39,850 bases of DNA from a virus (lineage: Duplodnaviria > Caudoviricetes), in IMG/VR virus record IMGVR_UViG_3300040960_002351, positions 1-39,850 of that record; one strand, 5' to 3'. Shown here one piece after another: positions 1 through 8,600 of the stretch. The translations under genes were made by a program, and so were the position numbers. Under the pieces are notes generated by a model. It was given only the letters and a program-made list of their open reading frames with translations. It did no database searches and had not been told where the DNA came from. Every line of letters begins with the position of its first letter. Within the stretch, counting starts at the first letter, position 1.

Positions 1-1
1 A

Positions 2-940
2 ACGATCTGGAGATGATTTTAATCTTACACTAACTATTGGATAAAAAGTTCCAGCAACATCAAGAACATATGGTGATGTAATTGCTGTTCCTACAGCTTG
101 TTGTAATCCACGCAACTCATAACCACCTTCAGAAATTACAGTAGAACAAACTTGTTTGAGAGTGCTGCTACTTGTGGTAATACCTGTATTGGCAATCTCA
201 TATCTCAAAGGAAGTGATGCTGTTGTAATATAAGTTGATTCAATTAAGTTTGAGTGGTGGAATGAATGGCAATGAATCATTACTCCATTAATTACAAATC
301 CTATTCTGACTGTACCAAGTCCTAACCACTCAATATCCATCCAAAGAATTTGTGCTTTGGATTTATCTAAAGTAATTCCAGAAGGTCCAGTACCATCTAA
401 CTTATCAACATTCCAATTTTCTTGTGCTACTCTTGTTTCAGTACCAGTAGATAAACTTCTCTCAACAAAATATGCTGTTGTTCCATCAATCTCAAAATAC
501 ATTCCATTATCAGCACCAAAATATCCAATTCTTTGTCTTAGATTTTCTTTTGGGGGCTCTGGGACAAATGTATTTAAAGTAAGTAAGGATTTGCCTGGTT
601 GATATGAAAATGTCTTTGTAGTCTCTCTAATTGCAGAACAACCAGCAGTAGTTCCAATACCAATATTGACTAATCCTTGAGCAGTTACAAATCCAACTGT
701 AGAACCAGTTCCTACAATCAAACTATCCCAAAGATTATTGTCTCTGTACCTGTGAGAACTATCAAATAGAGTAAGAGGTTGAGATATTCTCATCCTCCCA
801 AAAGCATCTCCCGCTACAGCCCCAGTACCAGCAACACCACAGTTTCCAATGTTGCCGTATCTGTCGGCACACATGATAACTTCATGTAGTGTTCTTTCCT
901 GGTTTAGATAATCTTGTGTATTCTTATTCCACTGTGCCAT
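2..940 (-). CDS. Conserved phage hypothetical, probably virion-associated (partial, runs off the left edge)
   Basis: Not in the ORF track. Translated by hand from ATG at 940 (MAQWNKNTQDYLNQERTLHEV...GDAFGRMRISQPLTLFDSSHRY...WMDIEWLGLGTVRIGF...); open for 313 codons to the window edge; starts 2 nt after the stop of the 102-aa ORF. Confidence 0.85.
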   Translation of the reverse strand, partial: MAQWNKNTQDYLNQERTLHEVIMCADRYGNIGNCGVAGTGAVAGDAFGRMRISQPLTLFDSSHRYRDNNLWDSLIVGTGSTVGFVTAQGLVNIGIGTTAGCSAIRETTKTFSYQPGKSLLTLNTFVPEPPKENLRQRIGYFGADNGMYFEIDGTTAYFVERSLSTGTETRVAQENWNVDKLDGTGPSGITLDKSKAQILWMDIEWLGLGTVRIGFVINGVMIHCHSFHHSNLIESTYITTASLPLRYEIANTGITTSSSTLKQVCSTVISEGGYELRGLQQAVGTAITSPYVLDVAGTFYPIVSVRLKSSPDR

Positions 941-942
941 AA

Positions 943-1251
943 TTAATCTTCAACCCACGAAAGCATTGCTGGGTTGTACCTTTTTCTAGTAATTACTTTA
1001 ATGTCGGATTCTTCTTTTTGTAGTTTATATACTTTCTGAACCATTGCTCCAGGATATTCGTCCTGCAATTGCTCAGTCAATTCCTTTTCTGTAGGAATAG
1101 TTTCTCTAGTTGTGGACAAGTCCATACGATAGAGTTTACCTTCCCAAACTACATCAGCACCAAACGCCTCATTTTGGGGAGTATCGATATCATCAGTATC
1201 AATAGTAATAGTGATTTTGCCCTCAGACAAAAATTGTTGAAAGGATTTCAT
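943..1251 (-). CDS. Hypothetical protein with N-terminus resembling the T4 capsid-targeting sequence (candidate internal head protein)
   Basis: 102 aa; starts MKSFQQFLSE versus MKTYQEFIAE in T4 internal proteins; tightly packed with its neighbours. Confidence 0.75.
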   Translation of the reverse strand: MKSFQQFLSEGKITITIDTDDIDTPQNEAFGADVVWEGKLYRMDLSTTRETIPTEKELTEQLQDEYPGAMVQKVYKLQKEESDIKVITRKRYNPAMLSWVED

Positions 1252-1252
1252 A

Positions 1253-1849
1253 TCAGCAGTCCCACGCTCTAAGAGATTTGTTGATTCTGCTATCAGGATC
1301 GCTAGCAGTTTTGGCAGAAGTAAGTTTCTTTTTCATGCCTTTCATCCTTGCACAGAATGATGCGCGACGCTTATTACCTTTTTCTTTGGAAGGTGCTTTG
1401 AGATCGCTACCAGGATTCTCTGCCTCATAGGACTTGCGTCCCTTTTCGTTCAGACCACCTTTTTTGTTCTTACCTTCTTTGCGAGTCCAGGCAGCACTTT
1501 CAGAAACTTCTTCTTCCTCTTTTTCTTCTTCCTTTTCTTTCTTTTCCTTCATCTTTTTGATTTTATCAACTGCTGCTTTAGCAAGCAATTGGCGACCAAT
1601 AGCTGCAACCATTGGAGCAGCTTCGTCGATATCAAGAGTCTTGGGATAATCCTCATCTCCAGGTTTAGCGGGTTTCTCACCACGCTTACGCTTGGCATGA
1701 ATATTATCCCAAAGACCTTTTTTCTTTTCTTCAGTAATTTTCACATCAGAGTCATCAACCGCTGGAGCATCGCAGTCTCCAGTGGTTAATGGTTTCTTCT
1801 TCTTTGCTTCCGACAAAAAGTCCGATATTTCAGAATAAGAGAACGACAT
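1253..1849 (-). CDS. Modular charged protein, candidate protease-processed internal head polyprotein; C-terminal basic RRASFCARM...SLRAWDC domain (DUF6321-like, from memory)
   Basis: 198 aa, K/E-rich; modules separated by LSE, ITE, IDE and VSE; late promoter box about 29 nt upstream. Confidence 0.75.
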   Translation of the reverse strand: MSFSYSEISDFLSEAKKKKPLTTGDCDAPAVDDSDVKITEEKKKGLWDNIHAKRKRGEKPAKPGDEDYPKTLDIDEAAPMVAAIGRQLLAKAAVDKIKKMKEKKEKEEEKEEEEVSESAAWTRKEGKNKKGGLNEKGRKSYEAENPGSDLKAPSKEKGNKRRASFCARMKGMKKKLTSAKTASDPDSRINKSLRAWDC

Positions 1850-1876
1850 TTCTATAATCGACTAAACCATTTAGTA

Positions 1877-2197
1877 TTATTTATCTTGACTTTCTTTCTT
1901 GGGTTCAATTGCAGAGACAACTTCTGGTTCTTTCTTTGCTACCACTTTACCGCCACCACCACCACTCTTAGCGGGAGAAAGTCCGAAGGCAGCTAGCGAT
2001 CCAGAAAATACAGATGCGATAAAAGTTGGGTCAAAATCTAGGATCTTCTTACCATCAGGAAGTCGAACATATGAGAATGTGAGGAGAGAAGCAGACCAAA
2101 TAAGTACAACTACTTTCACTAAATTACCAAGGACTTCACTTTTATCTTCATGCTGGTCGTCTTTCTCTTCTACTTGTGCTTTTGGTTTATTGAGCAT
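1877..2197 (-). CDS. Small membrane protein with two hydrophobic segments
   Basis: 106 aa; VLGNLVKVVVLIWSASLLTFSYV and FDPTFIASVFSGSLAAFGL, charged termini; own late box. Confidence 0.8.
   Translation of the reverse strand: MLNKPKAQVEEKDDQHEDKSEVLGNLVKVVVLIWSASLLTFSYVRLPDGKKILDFDPTFIASVFSGSLAAFGLSPAKSGGGGGKVVAKKEPEVVSAIEPKKESQDK
1878..1885 (-). promoter_or_regulatory. T4-type late promoter box (GATAAATA)
   Basis: One mismatch to TATAAATA; overlaps the stop of the 106-aa ORF, upstream of ATG 1849. Confidence 0.65.
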
Positions 2198-2217
2198 GTG
2201 TAGAGAGTAAGGCTCTT

Positions 2218-2634
2218 CTATTTATTTTTAGACATCTGTTTAAGCATTTTCTGCAACTCTGCTGTACTGCCAACGAACATTGCATTATTAGTTACATTTG
2301 TTGGACCTTTACTTTCCTCGTTGATATCTTTCAAATCTTTTTGAAGTTTCAAAAACTTATCTGTTGTATCAGCAACACTCTTAAGCAATTGACCAGCAAC
2401 TTCATATGCTCTAGGTGATTGAGATTCCTCTGCCAACTCCATAATACCGTTCAAAGCTTCTTGACCCTTTTCAATCAAAGAGTATAGATTTGCCCTGGTG
2501 TATTCATAGTCCTTCTCTACATCATCTTTTGTTAGACGATCTGGTTTTTCTTTTTCTTTTTTAACAGGAGTTACATCTACAATTTCACTTGTAGTGTTCA
2601 ACGCTTCGTCTATTTTGTCGAAATCATTCTTCAT
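2218..2634 (-). CDS. gp16: Terminase small subunit
   Basis: Motifs DYEYTRANLY..IEKGQEA, SPRAYEVAGQL and NNAMFVGSTAELQKML; directly follows gp15 with an ATGA overlap. Confidence 0.93.
   Translation of the reverse strand: MKNDFDKIDEALNTTSEIVDVTPVKKEKEKPDRLTKDDVEKDYEYTRANLYSLIEKGQEALNGIMELAEESQSPRAYEVAGQLLKSVADTTDKFLKLQKDLKDINEESKGPTNVTNNAMFVGSTAELQKMLKQMSKNK
2219..2226 (-). promoter_or_regulatory. T4-type late promoter box (AATAAATA)
   Basis: Overlaps the gp16 stop, about 22 nt upstream of ATG 2197. Confidence 0.65.
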
Positions 2635-3431
2635 ACATCCTCCCGTCTAGTGGGACTATAAACCTTGCCATCACTAAAGTCAGTGAAGGTTTCGGAGAAT
2701 CCAAAATCATCTCCAGGTTCTGCATCGATTGGATCAGGTACAGCAGTGTATCTGACTTCTCTCTTAGCAGTCTGGATATCAGTATCTGCATAGTAATCGA
2801 CTTGGACCTTACGGATGAGACCGTCGGTGCTTTCTGCAATAGGACCAAACAGATAAGTCTTTGCTACAAAATTGAGTGTATATGTTAGAACTCTTCTTGT
2901 AGAAAAGTCTCCTTCATACTCATCAGTAAATGAAATATTTTCCAAAACAATAGGAATGTCTCTCTTTTCTCCAATACTATCGATCAAGTCAATGGTAATA
3001 TTGAAAGATGGTTGGAAGAATGGAAGAATCTGCTCAACGATCTGCAGAGCATCATCATTCAATTTTGTCATGATGTTGAGTTGAAATCCAACATTGTAAG
3101 GAACGGGAAGAAATACTTTCTTTACATTTCCTCCACCATCAACTGCTTTGAATGTTTTTGTGATCGAGGTTTTTCTAGACCCGTCATAGGATAAAGAACT
3201 CATCTCGAAAGACATTCTCGGGAGAGAGATGGCAGTTGGTTTATTGAGATCTTGTTGCTGCTCTAACTTTGCAAGAAACTTAGATCTCGGACCATATGCT
3301 AGGGGAACTTTGAGATCACTAATTGTAGCACCAGATTTGTTTTCTTTCTGAATATGAACATCGTTAAACAGAGTACCAAAAGCAACAACTGTTTTGCGAA
3401 GAATTTCGTGATAAAAGTATGTACCTAACAT
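2631..3431 (-). CDS. gp15: Tail sheath stabiliser / tail completion protein
   Basis: YFYHEILRKTVVAFGTLFN, KVPLAYGP..KFLA, LPRMSFE, QIVEQILPFFQP, YEGDF; synteny gp13-14-15-16. Confidence 0.95.
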   Translation of the reverse strand: MLGTYFYHEILRKTVVAFGTLFNDVHIQKENKSGATISDLKVPLAYGPRSKFLAKLEQQQDLNKPTAISLPRMSFEMSSLSYDGSRKTSITKTFKAVDGGGNVKKVFLPVPYNVGFQLNIMTKLNDDALQIVEQILPFFQPSFNITIDLIDSIGEKRDIPIVLENISFTDEYEGDFSTRRVLTYTLNFVAKTYLFGPIAESTDGLIRKVQVDYYADTDIQTAKREVRYTAVPDPIDAEPGDDFGFSETFTDFSDGKVYSPTRREDV

Positions 3432-4861
3432 CAGAAGTTACCGAATGGATTTCTCTCTGTGAAATCAAGAATGTCGTCAGCGGCAGTCTCTATTTCGTCA
3501 TTAAGAGTATATGGACTTGCTGTATCAATTCCAGTGTGTGACAATACTTGGTATCTGGCAGAAGATGCAGTTCCAGTAATGAATTCGCCAGGAGTGAATA
3601 CTCCATTATTTATTGCAATTTCTAACTTTCTCTGATCCTCATTGAATATCTTGACATATCCTTCAGTTCCCGAGAGAGATCCAACGACTCTTTCGTTGAA
3701 GAAATATGTACCCACACCAAGAGAAAGAGGACTTCCAATGGTGATAGTCGGTGTGGCTTCATACCCAGCACCAGCATTAGTAATATAGATTCTGTTAAGT
3801 CTATCTCCACTTAGAGTTGCAACAGCAGTAGCTTGTACTTGACCTGCTTTTACTCCAACTACAGCACCAGTTGTGCCAATGCCAACATCGGCAGGATGCT
3901 GAATTGTGATAATCGGAGGAGAAACATAGTTTGTTCCAAGGTCAGTAATACGAATGGATGTAATACCACTATTTGTCAAAGAAGCTGTTGCTGCAGCACC
4001 AGCACCAGGACCACCAAAACTAATTGCTGGTGGTAAGGTGTATGCAAATCCAGGATTCGTTAGTACGACTTGATCAATAGAATAGAGACCTGATGTTTCC
4101 GTGGTGAATGCAACGGCGGCGGCAAGGGATGAAGTAACACCAGCAGGAGACGGGGAGATAGTGACAGCGGGTGCGGAAGTAAAACCATATCCATCGTCAT
4201 TAAGGAAAATTTGTTGTAAGGCACCTTGGCTAGCAAAGGAGTCAACAACTGCTAGAGCAGTAGATCCAATGCCAGCAAGGACAACTGTAGTGACTTCTCC
4301 CTCTGTTGTAATTCTTTCGTCGATAAAGTCTACATTTGTATCGACATACTCGTCTTCGTAGCGGAAGAGTTCGCACTGTAATTCGTAAATATAATTCTTT
4401 CCAAGTTGATAGAACGGATTTTCGTGTTCTACATGCTTGATTTCAAATAATCTTTCTCCTAGTGGAAAATAGATTAGATCTCCTTCTTTCGGTCTCTCGC
4501 CAAAGAGGATGTCAGTTCCAGCATTTCTGGCATCATGAGATACCACAAACGGAGCAATGAAGTCTTCGTATCTTTCTCTAGAAACAGTCAGTGTAATTTC
4601 ATTTTGCAAGTTGATGCCAAACTTGCTCATGATATCACTACCTTTTGCATATCCTTCGTAGTTGTTCAGATATGCTTCTAAAATATATGCATCTGTAAAC
4701 TTAGACGATTGTACTTCTCCAAGCACATCGTCAGTAACAATTAATTTTCTTGGGATGTAATATACATCCACACCGAACATTCTTAGGTGCTCGTCAATAA
4801 GCTGCTGAATGAGATTCTGCTCATTCGGAGATCCTTGGAGAAAGAAAGGATTTAAAGCCAT
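3431..4861 (-). CDS. gp14: Neck protein, with an internal repeat insertion
   Basis: MALNPFF...EQNLIQQLIDE, G.DVYYIPR, SKFG, RPKEGDLIYFPL, FEIKHVEHENPFYQLGKNY, C-terminal DFTERNPFG. Confidence 0.93.
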   Translation of the reverse strand: MALNPFFLQGSPNEQNLIQQLIDEHLRMFGVDVYYIPRKLIVTDDVLGEVQSSKFTDAYILEAYLNNYEGYAKGSDIMSKFGINLQNEITLTVSRERYEDFIAPFVVSHDARNAGTDILFGERPKEGDLIYFPLGERLFEIKHVEHENPFYQLGKNYIYELQCELFRYEDEYVDTNVDFIDERITTEGEVTTVVLAGIGSTALAVVDSFASQGALQQIFLNDDGYGFTSAPAVTISPSPAGVTSSLAAAVAFTTETSGLYSIDQVVLTNPGFAYTLPPAISFGGPGAGAAATASLTNSGITSIRITDLGTNYVSPPIITIQHPADVGIGTTGAVVGVKAGQVQATAVATLSGDRLNRIYITNAGAGYEATPTITIGSPLSLGVGTYFFNERVVGSLSGTEGYVKIFNEDQRKLEIAINNGVFTPGEFITGTASSARYQVLSHTGIDTASPYTLNDEIETAADDILDFTERNPFGNF

Positions 4862-5682
4862 TACCCAATAAGATCAAGAGGAGGAGTTTCGTATGTTGAC
4901 ATCATTCTGTCTTCAATGCGCTGTAATTCCATCACAGCATCTTCATAAATTTGTCTACCGTTGAGTTCTACGCCTCCAGGGAGTTTGACTCCTTGGAACT
5001 TGATTAAGTTCTGACCCCACTGCTTCTTAACTAAAGAAGTGAAGTACTTTTTCAAGAAAGAATCGTTGTAGACTCCAGCATAGTTTGCTGGATCCATGAT
5101 TCTTTGACAGTCAATAATTATGTAGGTGTCTTTTTTGGTTGATCCCCAATCAATATCCAAATACAGTCTATTATTTCTCTTGTTATATCTGATCTGCTTA
5201 TTAGTAGAAAGTAGGAAATCAATATCTTCAATATATGTTTTTGTCATTGCATAACTCAAGAGTCCATCATATCCCAAGTTAAATGCAATATCGTTCAAGA
5301 ACATCTGATACTTGTAACTGAACATATTGTTAGAGACATGACTAGAGTCAAAGATAAAGACTCTTTCAATTCCAATAATCGAATCAGGTACAACTAAGAA
5401 GTTTGAGTTCTCTTCAAAGTCTCCAGATGATGTAGTAGATGTAGTAATACCAAGAGACTCTTCATTACCTCTTGCTCTGCCTCTTTTGATGTCATCTTCA
5501 GTAACTTTGTACTTTAGATAAAGTCTTTCTACACCATCAAAATGACGCTCTTGAAAAAGTTGAAGAGCGTCGTCTAAAGCATCGTCTACTTGTTCGTCCG
5601 CTACATTAATCTCCAAGACAGGATACCCAAGTTGCCTGAGAGCATAGTCCTTGAGTCCCTGTCTTGTGGTTGGCTTTGCCAT
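4861..5682 (-). CDS. gp13: Neck protein
   Basis: MAKPTTR..LKDYALRQLG.PVLEINV, ERHFDG, KKQWGQNLIKFQGVKLPGGVELNG, C-terminal PPLDLIG. Confidence 0.95.
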   Translation of the reverse strand: MAKPTTRQGLKDYALRQLGYPVLEINVADEQVDDALDDALQLFQERHFDGVERLYLKYKVTEDDIKRGRARGNEESLGITTSTTSSGDFEENSNFLVVPDSIIGIERVFIFDSSHVSNNMFSYKYQMFLNDIAFNLGYDGLLSYAMTKTYIEDIDFLLSTNKQIRYNKRNNRLYLDIDWGSTKKDTYIIIDCQRIMDPANYAGVYNDSFLKKYFTSLVKKQWGQNLIKFQGVKLPGGVELNGRQIYEDAVMELQRIEDRMMSTYETPPLDLIG

Positions 5683-8600
5683 CAGAATGTACCCCCGTCG
5701 ATGCTGTCAGACCAGATTGGAATGTTGTTTTCGTCAGTTGTCAGGATGTAGTTTGAGGTAGTCAGGAATCCAACTGTGCTGAGACCGCTAACCAGTCTTC
5801 CATCGTTTTCAAAGTAAGCAACACCGTTAGGTCCGCTATATCCAAGACCAGTGATTCCACCTTGATCAGATCTGTAGTAGATTCCATCACGGAATGTACC
5901 GTAACCGATTACGCTCAGATCATCTTGGACAGTTACCTGACCAGCAGCAGAATCAAGAACGAGTTCACCGCTAAGAGTATTTATTTTGGTGGAAGAAGAA
6001 CCAGCACCGATTGTAATGTTAGCGATCGTAGATACGCCAGTTACTTTCAGGTTATTGGTGGTTGTTACACCAGAGATGAACAGGTTACGACCGTTAACCT
6101 CATCATAAACAACATCACCGATGATGTTCAGATTACCAGCGATGTAAACATCGGTGTTGAAGGTAGCAATACCAACGACTGTCAGTCCGAGACCAATTAC
6201 AGTGTCGCTAGCAACATCTAACTTACCAGTTTGCAGTTCGCCAGAGACGCTAGCACCAATTGCCGTTGTCTCAAATCTCCTACCATTATCATAATTCAGT
6301 TGAACTTTGCCATCAGCAGTGAAGTTAGCGAGAGTCTCGCCAGTGTACTTCTGAAGTTCTACCTGATTAGAACGGATTGCAAGGGTTCCTGTACCAGCAT
6401 CATCGATGTAAGAGTTGTTGCCATCGTGGTAGATTTGCAGGTCATTATCATTACCAAAGTTTGCCTTGACTCCATCTTTGAAGCTAGTGATTCCAGTAAA
6501 TACTGCGTTGGTTACTGCAACACCAGTAATCTTGGCATCAAAGGCATCGAGTGCCTCTGTATCAATTGTTGTGATGGTAGCAGCAGTACCAACGGTATCC
6601 GTTACTGCCAGACCAGTGATATTGACATCACGGGCATCTAGGGTCTCAATATCAACCGTGGTGATGGTTGAATATGTACCAACCAGAGATGTTACAACAC
6701 CAGTTACTGCTTTGAGATCTTCGACTGCGAGATTCGCTTCAAACTCAGAGTCACCAGTTACGGTCAGACCTGCACCAACGGTGAGGTTGGATGTGAAGGT
6801 AGCAACACCAGTGATCTTGAGATCTTCCAGCAGGGTAGATCCGAGAACATCGAGTCTTGCTCTTGGAGATGCAGTGGCGATACCCAGTAACTGACCAGGA
6901 TCAAGACGCATACCCTCAACACCATCAGTGTTGAAGCGGATAGTGCCGTCAGAACCAGAGTCATCGAGAGCAATGGAGGTGTCGCCCTTCTGGAAGGCAT
7001 CCAACTGGATGACCGTAGCGGTCAGGATACCCAGGACATTGACATCGCCAGTGATGTTAATCGAACCAGCACCAGCAGGGTCGATGTTGATATCACCAGT
7101 GGTGGATTCGATGTTGTTTCCAGAGATCTGGATGTTACCGAATGTGCCGCTGGTAGGAGTGATCGTGCTGCTGTCTACGCCATCAGTGATCTGGAGAGAA
7201 GACAGTGCTTGCAGACTGGTTACCTGCTGCGAGAACGCAACCGTGCCAGACTCCTGATCGACATAGAAGGCATCACCGACTCTGAAGTCACCCTTATGGT
7301 CGATGCTGACAAAGGAAACATCGCCGTTGTTAACCTCAGTAACTTCGTTTGCCTGAATTGCCAGGTTAGGATCGTTGGAGAAGTCTCCACCAGCACCAAC
7401 ATGGTTGAAGTTCAGAGCAAAGAGTCTCAGGGTTACGCCATCACCGTCAGCAATGACACCCTTTTGACCATACTCAACAGCACATCCGACCGAACGCATG
7501 TCGGCACCGAACTTGCTGTAGTCGGCAAGGATAACCTTAGTAGCAGTTCCGATGCCACCACCCGCTTGAGTGATGCGAACATCTTGATATCTGATTACAT
7601 CATCAGTTGTAGTTTGGATACCAGCAGAACCATTGAAGTGCAGTAACAGGGAAGTATCCTTATCACCGAGCAACTCGGCGGTCGGAGCAGTGAATCCTGC
7701 GGTGTACTTAGCAACTCCGTACTCAACTCTGACTTCATCGATATAACCTACCAGAGAGTTGCTGGTTCCATCAAAGTCAGCACCGATAACCAGACCCTTG
7801 GATGCACCGTAGTCTGTCGTGTCTGATGCCTTAGTACCAATTTGTGTACCATCAACAAACAGTCTTGTATTTGTACCTTGTCTTGCCAGGGCAACATGAT
7901 ACCAAGTTCCAGTAGCAATACCAGCACCAGAACCTTCGATAGCGGTTGTTGTGCCAACACGCATATCAACTTCACCAGCAGCACGGAAGGCAAGACTGAT
8001 ACCTTCAGCGTCTGTTCCGTTGTCTCTGAAGTCGATCAGAGTTGCAGAAGAAAGACCAGACTGATAAGAGTTGACGAAGAATTCAACCGTAAAGTCTGTA
8101 TTAGTTCCGAATCCGAGATCTCCGCTAGAAGGAACGCTAATAGAATCATTAGTTCCATCAAGCGCGAGAGAAGCAGTACCAAACTTCTTAACAGTTGTGC
8201 TCAGTTGAGCATTATCGTTAAAGGTGATTGCCTTAGCAGATCTAGCAATGAGTACCTCAAAACCAGTTTGCTTGCCAGTTACATCGATGTAAGTACCATC
8301 GTAGTCAGCAACAACAGCGGTAGCAAGACCAGTTACTCCATCGGTATCGTAGTAGGTGATAGTATCACCAACGCCCAGCGTGGTAATACCAGTCATTCTC
8401 AGTCTGGTTTCACCAGCAGAGGACAAACCAACAGATCCAGATACACCCTTAACAGCTTCGCTAGCAAAGTAGGTGAAACAGTTCAGGTACTCGATACGAG
8501 CACCGTTGGTCATTTCAAGACCCTTACCGCCAGGAACGATGAAGGTACATTCGTTGAACAGGAAACCTGCCTCTAAGGACCCAGGAGCGAGTTCTGAACC

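Noticed and set aside
1500-1565. Pyrimidine-rich low-complexity tract
   Set aside because: Encodes the K/E-rich linker of the 198-aa protein; not a separate DNA element.
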